DNA of 24,000 bases from positions 1 to 24,000 of the forward strand of contig JAWAEB010000014.1 of NCBI GenBank assembly GCA_038891515.1. The letters run 5' to 3'. Under the pieces are notes generated by a model. That model made no database searches. It had not been told where the DNA came from and worked only from the letters and a program-made list of their open reading frames with translations. Shown piece by piece: positions 15,432 through 24,000 of this stretch. Source of the stretch: Nitrososphaerota archaeon. GTDB lineage: Archaea; Thermoproteota; Nitrososphaeria_A; Caldarchaeales; Caldarchaeaceae. How positions within the stretch are numbered: the first letter of the stretch is position 1; every line of letters starts with the position of its first letter. The position numbers were made by a program, and so were the translations under genes.

Positions 15432-16367
15432 ATGAACTGGGAAAGAGACGCCGAAGTCCGTTTGGTGTCACGCTCGGCGGATGTCCAATCTGAGGAACCC
15501 CGTTACAGGCTGCCTGTAGACTGGGTGACCGTCTCCAATCTGAGGCTCCCCCTCATGATATTGGAGGAGTACGGGGTTAGGCTGGCCTCTGTGCCCATCA
15601 TAAAGGCCTCGGTGGGGCTACCGGCTCACCAGAGGGGAATACACGCATCAAGAACATATGAGGCGATCTCGTCTGTGCTTGCTGAGGCCGCCCGGGCAGA
15701 TGGCAGAATAGCTTCTGAGATAGCTAGGAAAATGCTGGAGCTGCATAGCTATGGGATGGTCTCACGAGTTGTTATCAATGCGCAGGCCTTCTTCCTTGAG
15801 AAGACACCTGTTTACAACGCCGACTCCTACCAAGCCTTCGATGTGATGCTCAGGGCGGACGCGCTCAGGAGACCGGACGACATACGTACGAGGGAGCTCA
15901 TGGGTGTGAGGGTTTCCGGCGTCACAGCCTGCCCATGCGCCAAAGAGGTTATCAGAACCCTATACACCTCAGGTAAGGGTGGAGGGCTCCCCCTCGGAAC
16001 CCATATGCAGAGAGCACGGGCCTCGGTGGCCACTGAAAGTCATCCAAGTGTTAGGCTGTCCGACCTTGTCAGCATAGCGAGAGACAGTTTCAGCAACGGG
16101 ACAGTTGAGTATCTCAAGAGGCTTGACGAGGCCAGACTGGTGGTGGAGGCCATAGAAAAACCAAGATTCGTCGAGGATGTGGCTAGGGAGATTGTCTTCA
16201 GGATGGTGTCCAGCTTCCCCACAGTTCCAGATGGTAATCTCATATTAGTTGGGGTGAAGGCATTCGAGAGTATACATGATCACGACTTGGAGGCTAGGCT
16301 GCGAACAACATTTGGCGAGGCTAGGGAGAGACTGGGTATAGGGTTTGGAACTACGACGATGGCTTGA
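15432..16367 (+). CDS. mptA: GTP cyclohydrolase MptA (FolE2/type IB family)
   Basis: ASVGLPAHQRGIHASRTYEAI, GVRVSGVTACPCAKEVI, THMQRARASVATES, DHDLEARLRTTFGEARERLGIG. Confidence 0.93.
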   Translation: MNWERDAEVRLVSRSADVQSEEPRYRLPVDWVTVSNLRLPLMILEEYGVRLASVPIIKASVGLPAHQRGIHASRTYEAISSVLAEAARADGRIASEIARKMLELHSYGMVSRVVINAQAFFLEKTPVYNADSYQAFDVMLRADALRRPDDIRTRELMGVRVSGVTACPCAKEVIRTLYTSGKGGGLPLGTHMQRARASVATESHPSVRLSDLVSIARDSFSNGTVEYLKRLDEARLVVEAIEKPRFVEDVAREIVFRMVSSFPTVPDGNLILVGVKAFESIHDHDLEARLRTTFGEARERLGIGFGTTTMA

Positions 16368-17139
16368 GATATACTCAGACATCTGTGAGATTCTTGGGCT
16401 TGACCCAGGTATGGATATGGAGTCCGCTAGAGTTCTGGCGGCGCTGTTGAAAGGGCGGTGTCTCACCTACTCCCAACACAAAACCCTGTTGGACACCAGT
16501 GATTCCGTGGTTATCTTCGGTGCTGGCCCATCCCTGCTTCGGGACTTAGACGAGGCCATACCCTTTCTCTCAGGGTCGAAGACAGTTAAGGTGGCTGCCG
16601 ATGGAGCATGCAGAGCATTCTTGGAGCGGGGGCTCACACCCGACGTGGTTGTGACAGACCTAGACGGCGGAGAGGATTGCCTTACTGAATGCTCTGAGAG
16701 AGGCTCCTTGATGGTTGTGCACGCCCACGGTCACAACATAGATTTGATCCGGTCCATCGTCCCAAAGCTTAAGGGATGGATTGTGGGGACAACACAGACT
16801 GTCCCGATACAGCCTCTGGAGAATTTCGGCGGGTTCACCGACGGTGACCGGGCGGTCTGTATGTTTGAGGAGCTGGGCTTCAGGCACATACTTGTAGCGG
16901 GGATGGATTTTGGTGGGGAGGTGGGCCCATACTCTAAACCCCACCACCTCGATGGCGAGAACTTAGCGAGGAAGAGGCTGAAGCTCAAGATAGGCCTACA
17001 GATATGCTCCTCACTGGCCGAGAGAACCAAGTCCAGATGCTATGACCTAACCTCAGACTCCCACGGTATTCCAGGATTTATCAAGAGCTCATGGGCGGAC
17101 CTGCGTGAAATACTTATGAGCGGCGGCGCCAGAAGGTGA
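16345..17139 (+). CDS. mptE: MptE-like 6-hydroxymethyl-7,8-dihydropterin pyrophosphokinase (DUF115 family)
   Basis: VVIFGAGPSLLRDLDEAIPFL, ADGACRAFLERGLTPDVVVTDLDGGED, VVHAHGHNIDLI, GFTDGDRAVCMFEELG, GMDFGGEVGPYSKPHHLDGENLARKRLKLKIG. Overlaps the mptA 3' end by 23 nt. Confidence 0.9.
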   Translation: MELRRWLEIYSDICEILGLDPGMDMESARVLAALLKGRCLTYSQHKTLLDTSDSVVIFGAGPSLLRDLDEAIPFLSGSKTVKVAADGACRAFLERGLTPDVVVTDLDGGEDCLTECSERGSLMVVHAHGHNIDLIRSIVPKLKGWIVGTTQTVPIQPLENFGGFTDGDRAVCMFEELGFRHILVAGMDFGGEVGPYSKPHHLDGENLARKRLKLKIGLQICSSLAERTKSRCYDLTSDSHGIPGFIKSSWADLREILMSGGARR

Positions 17140-17166
17140 GATTGAGACAAAAAGCCAAATTATCAG

Positions 17167-20100
17167 GTGGGAAATGGGTTAATACCCGACGACGGGGATG
17201 CATTAAACTTGGCAAGGTATGACCCTAGTGAAGTAGAGCAGCGCGTAACCGACAAATGGAGCCGAGAGTCTATACCGGCGAAGGTTCTCCACCACAGGGC
17301 AGGTGGCCCCCTATACTCATTCCTGGAGGGCCCCCCGACCGTGAACGGGTATATGCATGTGGGGCATGCTAGGGGTAGGGTCTACAAAGACATAGTGCTA
17401 CGTTATCGCACGATGAGGGGGTTTGACGTGTGGAGGAGGGCTGGATGGGATTGTCAAGGGCTTCCCACGGAGCTGGAGGTGGAGAAGAGGCTGAGGATAT
17501 CTAGCAAGAAGGACTTGGAGAAGATTGGTCTGGAGAAGTTTGTGGAGGAGGCCAACCGTGTCATCGACTATTATATCGCTCATTGGAGAGGAGCCAGTGA
17601 GAGGCTTGGACTCTGGCTAGACTATGACTCCGCCTACGAGACGAGGAAAAACGAGTATATGGAACATGTCTGGGCACTACTCAAACAGGCGTATGAGATG
17701 GGCGACCTAGTTGAGAGCCTGAGAGTCGTGCCCACATGTCCACGATGCGAGACGCCCCTCTCGCAGCATGAGCTGGCTCAGGGATATGAGGAGATACAGG
17801 ACCCCTCGATTTATGTGAAGTTCCCCACATACGATCCTTCGAGATACATACTGATTTGGACAACAACGCCTTGGACAATACCCGGCAATGAAGGAGTCGC
17901 CATAGACGAGGAGGGCAAATATGTTGAGGTGCGGGTGGGTTCCGAGAGATGGATTATCGCCGAGGCTGCCCTACCGCGTCTAATACCTGAGCTTGGAATT
18001 CAGCACTACTCCGTCGTCAAGACCTATGATGGGAGACAGCTTATTGGGACGCCCTATAACCATCCGCTGGTCGGCGAGGTACCTCACCACAAGGGGCATG
18101 GACACCATATCATAGCTGGGAGGGCAATATCTATGGAGGAGGGGACAGGATGCGTCCACATAGCACCGGCCCACGGCCCGGAGGACTTTGAGCTGGGCAG
18201 GGAGAATGGGCTTCCTGTCTTCTGCCCAGTGTCGGAGCAGGGATATTTCACATCTGTCGGCGGCAAATATGCTGGGAAATCTGTTGAAGATGTATCACGG
18301 GAAGTCATTAACGACCTTAGGTCAAAAGGTCTCCTAGCTAAGGAAGGCGAGATACTCCACAACTATCCCCTCTGCTGGAGATGTGGTACAAGACTTATTT
18401 ATCTGGCCAGCGTCCAGTGGTTTCTTAAAGTTGATAGAATAAAGAGGACGATGGTCGAGGGAAATAGATCCGTCAAGTGGTGGCCCGAGTGGGCTGGTAG
18501 AAATAGATTTGGTGAGTGGTTGGAAAATGCTGATGACTGGTGTATAAGCCGCACCAAGGTCTGGGGCACGCCTCTACCTGTCTGGAGGTGTGAGGCTTGT
18601 GGGGCTGTGAAGGTTGTGGGTTCTAGAAAGGAGCTGGAAGATGCGTTGGAGAAGTCCGGAAAGGAGGACCTGCATAGACCATGGATAGACATGTATGTCT
18701 TCCAATGTAGAAGCTGCGGCGGTAAGATGAGACGCCTCCCATACGTTCTCGATACATGGCTGGACTCTGGAGTGGCTCACATGGCAAGTGTAAACTCGGT
18801 ATACGAGCCCAGCCTCTTCGAGAGGCTCTTCCCATACGACTTCGTTACAGAAGCAATAGACCAGACTAGGGGTTGGTTTTACACCCTCATGTTCACCTCA
18901 ACCCTCCTATTCGGCAGGCCTCCCTACAAATCGGTCTTGAACCAAGGACATGTATTGGACGAGTTTGGGAAGAAGATGTCCAAGTCGAGAGGTAACGTGA
19001 TATGGGCTGTGGATGCCTTCAACCAATACGGCGTGGACCCCCTGAGGATATATCTCGTCCACAAAGCTGAGCCTTGGAGCACTATAAACTTCGTACCATC
19101 CGAGGTTGTGCAGGTGAGGGAGCATTTGAACATCCTATGGAACGTCTTCAGCTTCGCCGAGACCTACTTCGCCATAGACCTGTTCAAGCCTGAGAAGCAT
19201 TCACCTAGAGACTACTTGGATGCACTCAGGCCGGAGGATAGGTGGATATTGACGAGGGTGAACAGGGTGGTGGAGAATGCGTCTCATCATCTCGAGGAGA
19301 TGGAGATAAACTCGGCATGTAGGGAGGTTTTAAGCCTAGTCGTTGAGGACCTTAGCCGGACCTATGTGAGGGCGATTAGGAGGAGGGCTTGGGGGGAGGA
19401 TGTGACAAGGGATAAGCTGGCTGCCTACTCCTGCCTTCACTACGCCCTCAGGAGAGTTCTACTACTCCTCGCACCCTTCGCACCCTACATAACCGAGACT
19501 CTCTTCGAGAGTATCCGACAGCCTGGAGATCCGGAGAGCATACATCTAACCGACTGGCCTCAGGTCGAGGAGGACCTCATGTGGGACAAGGTTGAAGAAT
19601 ATATGGATGTGGTGAAGGATGTGCTGAAAGCTATCCTAGCTGCCCGGCAGAGGGCAGGAAGAAGGCTTCGGAGCCCAGTTTCCCGCATAGTTGTGGTTCC
19701 GAAGACAGAGATTGCGAAAGAGGCGCTGAATTATTTCACCGAATATCTTGAAGCTTCATCTAACTGTAAGTTGCTGGAGGTGGCGGATGTGGGTGATGGG
19801 CCGCCTGAGATTGTCCAAGAGTTTGAGTTAAACCTCAGGCTTCTAGGTCCCCGGCTGGGCAGCAGTCTTACTCCACTGATTGAAACTTTGAGAAAGACAG
19901 GCAGCGATCCTCTTAGGAGGGCTTACGGTGAGGGTGTGGCCGAGGTTGTTCTCGCCGATGGTTCGAGAGTCAGCCTAACTAGGGATGAGGTGCTGGTTAA
20001 GACGAAGGTTCCGGAGAAGTATTCAGTTGGTGAGAGCCAGCATGCCGCGGTTTATGTGGATATCTCTGTTGCTGAAGACCTTGTGACGCTGTCATTGGTC

Positions 20101-20352
20101 AGGGAGGTGATCAGGCGGATACAGGTTATGAGGAAGGAGGCGGGTTTGAATGTCTTGGATAGGATAGAGTGTGTGGTAGCCACAGGTCCTGAGATAGCCA
20201 AGGCCCTTATGGCAGAAGCTGAGTACATCGAGGAGGAGACTAGGTCTAGGCTTGTAGTGGCTGAGCTAGGATCTGGCCGTGGTGGGGGATTTCACTGGAG
20301 GGAGTGGAAGATAGCTGGTGTAGATACGGTGATCGGGATCAGGCGTGTCTGA
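17167..20352 (+). CDS. ileS: Isoleucyl-tRNA synthetase
   Basis: HVGHARGR (HIGH), GWDCQGLPTELEVEK, KKMSKSRGN, Zn-binding CxxC pairs (CWRCG, CEACG, CRSCG), 1061 aa. Confidence 0.97.
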   Translation: MGNGLIPDDGDALNLARYDPSEVEQRVTDKWSRESIPAKVLHHRAGGPLYSFLEGPPTVNGYMHVGHARGRVYKDIVLRYRTMRGFDVWRRAGWDCQGLPTELEVEKRLRISSKKDLEKIGLEKFVEEANRVIDYYIAHWRGASERLGLWLDYDSAYETRKNEYMEHVWALLKQAYEMGDLVESLRVVPTCPRCETPLSQHELAQGYEEIQDPSIYVKFPTYDPSRYILIWTTTPWTIPGNEGVAIDEEGKYVEVRVGSERWIIAEAALPRLIPELGIQHYSVVKTYDGRQLIGTPYNHPLVGEVPHHKGHGHHIIAGRAISMEEGTGCVHIAPAHGPEDFELGRENGLPVFCPVSEQGYFTSVGGKYAGKSVEDVSREVINDLRSKGLLAKEGEILHNYPLCWRCGTRLIYLASVQWFLKVDRIKRTMVEGNRSVKWWPEWAGRNRFGEWLENADDWCISRTKVWGTPLPVWRCEACGAVKVVGSRKELEDALEKSGKEDLHRPWIDMYVFQCRSCGGKMRRLPYVLDTWLDSGVAHMASVNSVYEPSLFERLFPYDFVTEAIDQTRGWFYTLMFTSTLLFGRPPYKSVLNQGHVLDEFGKKMSKSRGNVIWAVDAFNQYGVDPLRIYLVHKAEPWSTINFVPSEVVQVREHLNILWNVFSFAETYFAIDLFKPEKHSPRDYLDALRPEDRWILTRVNRVVENASHHLEEMEINSACREVLSLVVEDLSRTYVRAIRRRAWGEDVTRDKLAAYSCLHYALRRVLLLLAPFAPYITETLFESIRQPGDPESIHLTDWPQVEEDLMWDKVEEYMDVVKDVLKAILAARQRAGRRLRSPVSRIVVVPKTEIAKEALNYFTEYLEASSNCKLLEVADVGDGPPEIVQEFELNLRLLGPRLGSSLTPLIETLRKTGSDPLRRAYGEGVAEVVLADGSRVSLTRDEVLVKTKVPEKYSVGESQHAAVYVDISVAEDLVTLSLVREVIRRIQVMRKEAGLNVLDRIECVVATGPEIAKALMAEAEYIEEETRSRLVVAELGSGRGGGFHWREWKIAGVDTVIGIRRV

Positions 20353-20407
20353 ATAGTAACCCTTATAACTATCTGAGAGATGGAGATGCGAGAACGGCGT
20401 AGAGAGG

Positions 20408-21124
20408 ATGAAGAAATCCACAGTAGGGCTGACTCTGAGCATCGTCGGCGTCGCTGTCATACTTGTCCCTGTATCGCTTTTCCTGATAACCGGCTACGGC
20501 TCTCCCATACAGAGGCTGCTGGACTCCCAATTTATTCTTGGACTTCCTCTCGGGGTCGTCATCTCAGCCGGAGGCGCAGCCACAGCTGCTGTGGGGGTTG
20601 TGTTGTTCATAAGGGGCATGCGGGCGATTGGAGCGTCCCCGCCCTTCGGCGTTTACAACAGGAGAGCTAGAGAGCCTTTCAGGCCATCTAGAGAGCAGAA
20701 CCTGAATGAGGTCGAGGTGGAGATTGAGAGGCTAATAAACGAGCAGGTCTCGGAAAGCGAGCCAAGGGTTGAGGTGCGTACACCCCAACCCCGTCAAGCG
20801 GTTATCAAGCCACCGCAGGCGGGGAAGCCGATGGAGGAGGCGGTAGCTAAGCAGATATCTAGGCCGAGGCCTCAGCCTTTGGAAGAAGCTCGGACATCTA
20901 AGGTGGAGGTGATCTCGAGGGGGCTGGACATGGTCTGCAGGGCTTGTGGTGCTGTGAACGCTCTCGGCCAGACGATATGCAGCGTATGTGGGGGCAGGAT
21001 ATTTGAGCCTAACCCGAAGCTACTACCTTGTCCGGTCTGCAGCGCACCGCTCGAAGGTGAGCATAAGGTGGGTGACAGGGTGATCTGCACAGTGTGCTTT
21101 TCTGAGCTGAGCGTTCGGAAATAG
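20408..21124 (+). CDS. Membrane protein with two N-terminal TM helices, Pro-rich linker and C-terminal double zinc ribbon
   Basis: TMs LTLSIVGVAVILVPVSLFLI and LGLPLGVVISAGGAATAAVGVVLFI. Four CxxC pairs: CRAC, CSVC, CPVC, CTVC. Confidence 0.78.
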   Translation: MKKSTVGLTLSIVGVAVILVPVSLFLITGYGSPIQRLLDSQFILGLPLGVVISAGGAATAAVGVVLFIRGMRAIGASPPFGVYNRRAREPFRPSREQNLNEVEVEIERLINEQVSESEPRVEVRTPQPRQAVIKPPQAGKPMEEAVAKQISRPRPQPLEEARTSKVEVISRGLDMVCRACGAVNALGQTICSVCGGRIFEPNPKLLPCPVCSAPLEGEHKVGDRVICTVCFSELSVRK

Positions 21125-21137
21125 CGGGTGTACAGGT

Positions 21138-21368
21138 GTGGAGGGGGCTAAACCACTACCAACAATCATGAGGAACCTCAACAAGCAGGTGAGGGTTTTT
21201 CTGAAGAGTGACCTATGTTACGAGGGTACCATGGTGGAATGTGACAATTACATGAACTTGGTCATAGATCATGCAGTGGAGTATATGGGTGACAGCAAGA
21301 CTGCTGGGTATCAGAGGGTGTTGATAAGGGGGAACAATGTCCTCTACCTCGTCCTCTTGGGTAAGTAA
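21138..21368 (+). CDS. Archaeal Sm-like (Lsm/SmAP) RNA-binding protein
   Basis: 76 aa: VRVFLKSDLCYEGTMVECDNYMNLVIDHAVEY (Sm1) and RVLIRGNNVLYLVLLG (Sm2 RGxxV). Confidence 0.95.
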   Translation: MEGAKPLPTIMRNLNKQVRVFLKSDLCYEGTMVECDNYMNLVIDHAVEYMGDSKTAGYQRVLIRGNNVLYLVLLGK

Positions 21369-21400
21369 CACTTTTCATAGTGGGTATCGTTGGGATAGGA

Positions 21401-21409
21401 ACTTAAATA
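21401..21409 (+). promoter_or_regulatory. TATA-like element for mat
   Basis: GGAACTTAAATAGG in the lsm-mat gap, about 40 nt upstream of ATG 21447. Confidence 0.4.
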
Positions 21410-21446
21410 GGGAGAGTCATGAGAGCACGCTCATAGGGTGTTAACC

Positions 21447-22676
21447 ATGCCCGACAGCTTCGTAACCGTTGAAACTCTGGATAAGAAGACTGTTGAAGAG
21501 CAGCAGATCGAGTTTGTGGAGAGGAAGGGGTTGGGCCACCCAGACTACATTATAGACTCTGCCTGCGAGTCAGCCTCGATACAACTGTCCAAATATTATC
21601 TCCAGAAATTCGGCCGTATACTTCATCACAACTTGGATAAAGGGCTTCTTGTGGGGGGACGTGCGTTCAACACATTTGGCTATGGAAGGCTCGAGGAGCC
21701 CATCACGATCATAGTGGCTGGGAGGGCGTCCAAAATCCTCAAGTCGCCTACAGGCGACATCACTATCCCAGTAGATGAGATTGTGAAGGAGGCAGTCAAG
21801 TCCATGATCAGGGCCAACTTCAGATTTCTAGATCCCGATAAGCATCTGACTATTGAGACTAGGATTAGGGAGAGCTCTCCCGACCTCAAGGCAGTTGTGG
21901 AGGCTAAGGACACCATGCCATTGGCTAACGATACCTCTTTCGGTGTGGCCTTCTACCCATTGACACCTCTTGAGAGGATTGTATATGAGACTGAGAGGAA
22001 GCTCAACTCGCCACAATTCAAGAGCCGTGTGATGGAGAGTGGGGAGGACGTTAAGGTTATGGGACTTCGAAAGGGTAGCGAGTTGACCATAACCGTGGCC
22101 GATGGCATAGTAAGCACTCTTACGAAGGACAGAGACCAGTACCACGCTGTTAAGGAAAGGATAAGAGAGGAGGTTGAGAGGCTGGTGTCAAAGCTCGCTC
22201 CCCAGTTTACTGCCAAGGTTTATGTGAACACTGCCGACAAGTATGGGGTCCATGTAGACGATGAGGTTTTCTACCTGACCTTCACCGGCACCTCCGCCGA
22301 GCATGGTGATGACGGTAATACCGGCAGGGGGAACAGAACCAACGGTTTGATCACTCCCAACCGACAGATGTCGCTGGAGGCCGCAGCCGGTAAGAACCCC
22401 ACATCTCATGTAGGTAAGATCTACAATATACTCGCTAGACTGATAGCTGAGAGGATTTACTATGAGACGAAACAGGTCAGGGAGGTTTATGTCAGGCTCC
22501 TCAGCCAGATAGGTAGGCCCATAGATCAACCCCTTTCAGCCTCAGCACAGGTCATCCCTGTGGGAGCGTTCACATCCAACCTACGTAATGAGATTGAGCG
22601 CATTGTGGAGGACGAGCTCTCCAAGGTCACACGGATAACCGGCATGGTACTATCCGGTGAGGTGCTGGTCTTCTAG
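21447..22676 (+). CDS. mat: Archaeal-type S-adenosylmethionine synthetase
   Basis: [87 protein letters not shown]. The ATG at 21447 is preferred over the GTG at 21438. Confidence 0.97.
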   Translation: MPDSFVTVETLDKKTVEEQQIEFVERKGLGHPDYIIDSACESASIQLSKYYLQKFGRILHHNLDKGLLVGGRAFNTFGYGRLEEPITIIVAGRASKILKSPTGDITIPVDEIVKEAVKSMIRANFRFLDPDKHLTIETRIRESSPDLKAVVEAKDTMPLANDTSFGVAFYPLTPLERIVYETERKLNSPQFKSRVMESGEDVKVMGLRKGSELTITVADGIVSTLTKDRDQYHAVKERIREEVERLVSKLAPQFTAKVYVNTADKYGVHVDDEVFYLTFTGTSAEHGDDGNTGRGNRTNGLITPNRQMSLEAAAGKNPTSHVGKIYNILARLIAERIYYETKQVREVYVRLLSQIGRPIDQPLSASAQVIPVGAFTSNLRNEIERIVEDELSKVTRITGMVLSGEVLVF

Positions 22677-23392
22677 GACAGATATTGCCGAAGACCACTC
22701 CTCTTTCTCAGAACCTCGGTACAGGACCTAGGTGTAAGGCATTTAAACTCCACGCCAGTCCGGCCGCATAACTTGCTGGCGGTCCTCGATATTGAGGGGG
22801 CAGCAATTATCGCCCTAGGCCTCTCTCCCATCTCCCTCTCCAGTGATGTGGTATATCTCATCAGCTGCATAATATCATCTTGGCTGGCGCGTCTCTTCTT
22901 AAGCTCCACCACCACGAGCCGCCCCTCACTGTCCCTGCCCAGTACATCTATCCTACCCGTTTGGAAGACCTGCCTCTCATCCTCCAAGGGCTTGAACCCC
23001 TCTTCAATCAGTTTCGGTTCAAGTATAACAGCTCTCTTCATCTCCATCTCTGTAGCGTACATCTCAAATTCAGCCTCATCTATGAGGTGGAAGATGTAGA
23101 TCTCCGGAGGGTCTGGGAAAGTTATCACCAGCTTCTCCGACTTCCTAGTTACCGTTAGTACGAGACCTTCCTCACTTTCATCCACATCTATATGGGAGTT
23201 GGGAGGCTGCCAGTTGACCGGCTCATAGCCCTCAGGCCGGTGGACGAGGATACTCCTATCCCTCTTTATTATGACCAGTCTCTCACCCGGGCCTAAAGTG
23301 GATTCGCCCCGACCCTCATACCTCACCATACAACGGCCCACCAGCAGTACCACCTTTCTCGATTCTATAGCCGTCCTAATGCGCTGCGACAT
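22673..23392 (-). CDS. nucS: Endonuclease NucS/EndoMS
   Basis: Nuclease core TGRIDVLGRDSEGRLVVVELKKRRASQDDIMQLMRY, N-terminal VGRCMVRYEGRGESTLGPGERLVIIKRDRSILVHRPEGYEPVNWQPP. Confidence 0.93.
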   Translation of the reverse strand: MSQRIRTAIESRKVVLLVGRCMVRYEGRGESTLGPGERLVIIKRDRSILVHRPEGYEPVNWQPPNSHIDVDESEEGLVLTVTRKSEKLVITFPDPPEIYIFHLIDEAEFEMYATEMEMKRAVILEPKLIEEGFKPLEDERQVFQTGRIDVLGRDSEGRLVVVELKKRRASQDDIMQLMRYTTSLEREMGERPRAIIAAPSISRTASKLCGRTGVEFKCLTPRSCTEVLRKRSGLRQYLS

Positions 23393-23398
23393 CTCCTC

Positions 23399-24000
23399 TC
23401 AACTGGGCAGGTTGAAAAATCGGAGGATTTCTATATGTATGTCCGATCTGACGGGGAAGTAGATGAAGGCCCAGATTAGTTGGGCTGTTGTCAGTGATGC
23501 AAGGACGGCCCTTGGAAAGCTGCCATTCTCCAGCATGAGGACAAGTCCAATGACAAGACCGGGAAGGGCGGTGACAAAGTAAAATGGATAGACCCAACGG
23601 CTGAGGAGATAGCCCAGCAGGTAGTATATGCCATAGTTTAGGGCTAGCCAGCTCAGGACGAACGCCTCGGATTTGACTGTGCTGCCTTTCCTAATGCTTG
23701 ATATCATCTGGTTTATCATGACCGGCACAACCACCAATGTTGTCCACCAGTAGGGGCTGTATATCCCCCAAAAGGCTATTGGATGCCACGACCTAACACC
23801 GTCGGAGACTGTCTGCACATTGAAGGGCATGGGTTGGAACTGCTGGATTGGTGAGACCCAGCTGAACGGCAGGTCCACAACGGTTCCAGAGCGGTCCACA
23901 CACCTGAAGGGTAGGCTGTACTGGACGCAGTTGTATCTAAGCTGGCTATGGTAGGTGAGCATGTAGTCGAGGTGGGCGAAGGGGTTGGAGTAGGCCTGGT
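23399..24000 (-). CDS. C-terminal part of a multi-pass membrane protein, possibly a GT39/PMT-like glycosyltransferase; 5' end outside the window
   Basis: The frame is open to base 24000 (QAYSNPFAHLDYMLTYHSQL), so the track start at 23962 is internal. YGIYYLLGYLLSRWVYPFYFVTALPGLVIGL resembles the terminal TM block of such enzymes. Confidence 0.65.
   Translation of the reverse strand, partial: QAYSNPFAHLDYMLTYHSQLRYNCVQYSLPFRCVDRSGTVVDLPFSWVSPIQQFQPMPFNVQTVSDGVRSWHPIAFWGIYSPYWWTTLVVVPVMINQMISSIRKGSTVKSEAFVLSWLALNYGIYYLLGYLLSRWVYPFYFVTALPGLVIGLVLMLENGSFPRAVLASLTTAQLIWAFIYFPVRSDIHIEILRFFNLPS

Noticed and set aside
17398-19133. Minus strand ORFs inside ileS
   Set aside because: Shadow ORFs over motif-verified IleRS coding sequence.
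20380-20670. 96-aa basic/His-rich + ORF (MEMRERRREDEEIHSRADSEHRRRRCHTC)
   Set aside because: Out-of-frame overlap with the better supported 238-aa TM/zinc-ribbon gene. Composition looks like a frame artefact.
1341-24000. CRISPR arrays, toxin-antitoxin pairs, restriction-modification or other defence modules
   Set aside because: Looked for regular repeats with spacers and familiar nuclease/methyltransferase/toxin motifs. NucS and Nfo are ordinary repair genes here, and nothing else fits a defence system.

Overview
The window is a compact archaeal chromosomal segment. This is inferred from an Sm-like protein, archaeal-type MAT, NucS, ER-type signal peptidase, MptA/MptE pterin enzymes and archaeal DNA ligase. 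It looks like thermophilic Thermoproteota or Aigarchaeota-like DNA, but lineage cannot be fixed from the window. Most of it is housekeeping: PhnC/PhnE-type ABC transporter, UbiD-family decarboxylase, membrane-fused KaiC/RAD55-like ATPase, CitG-like protein, endonuclease IV, signal peptidase, a 910-aa tandem-domain surface protein, DNA ligase, mptA, mptE, ileS, Lsm, mat, nucS and a partial membrane protein at the right edge. Two decayed mobile-element zones stand out. Zone 1 (about 1.34-3.3 kb) has a 3' tRNA fragment, a truncated IS6-like DDE transposase, a truncated LAGLIDADG endonuclease and an intact tRNA-Gly(GCC). Zone 2 (about 6.47-7.5 kb) has a 681-bp degraded IS with terminal inverted repeats and a transposase broken several times, a second scrap of the zone 1 transposase family, and an inverted repeat over a putative promoter. 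I saw no clear new defence system or CRISPR array. The best leads are the TM+KaiC ATPase, the ten-domain surface protein next to signal peptidase, the coiled-coil protein downstream of DNA ligase, and the tRNA fragment with its IS/homing scars.
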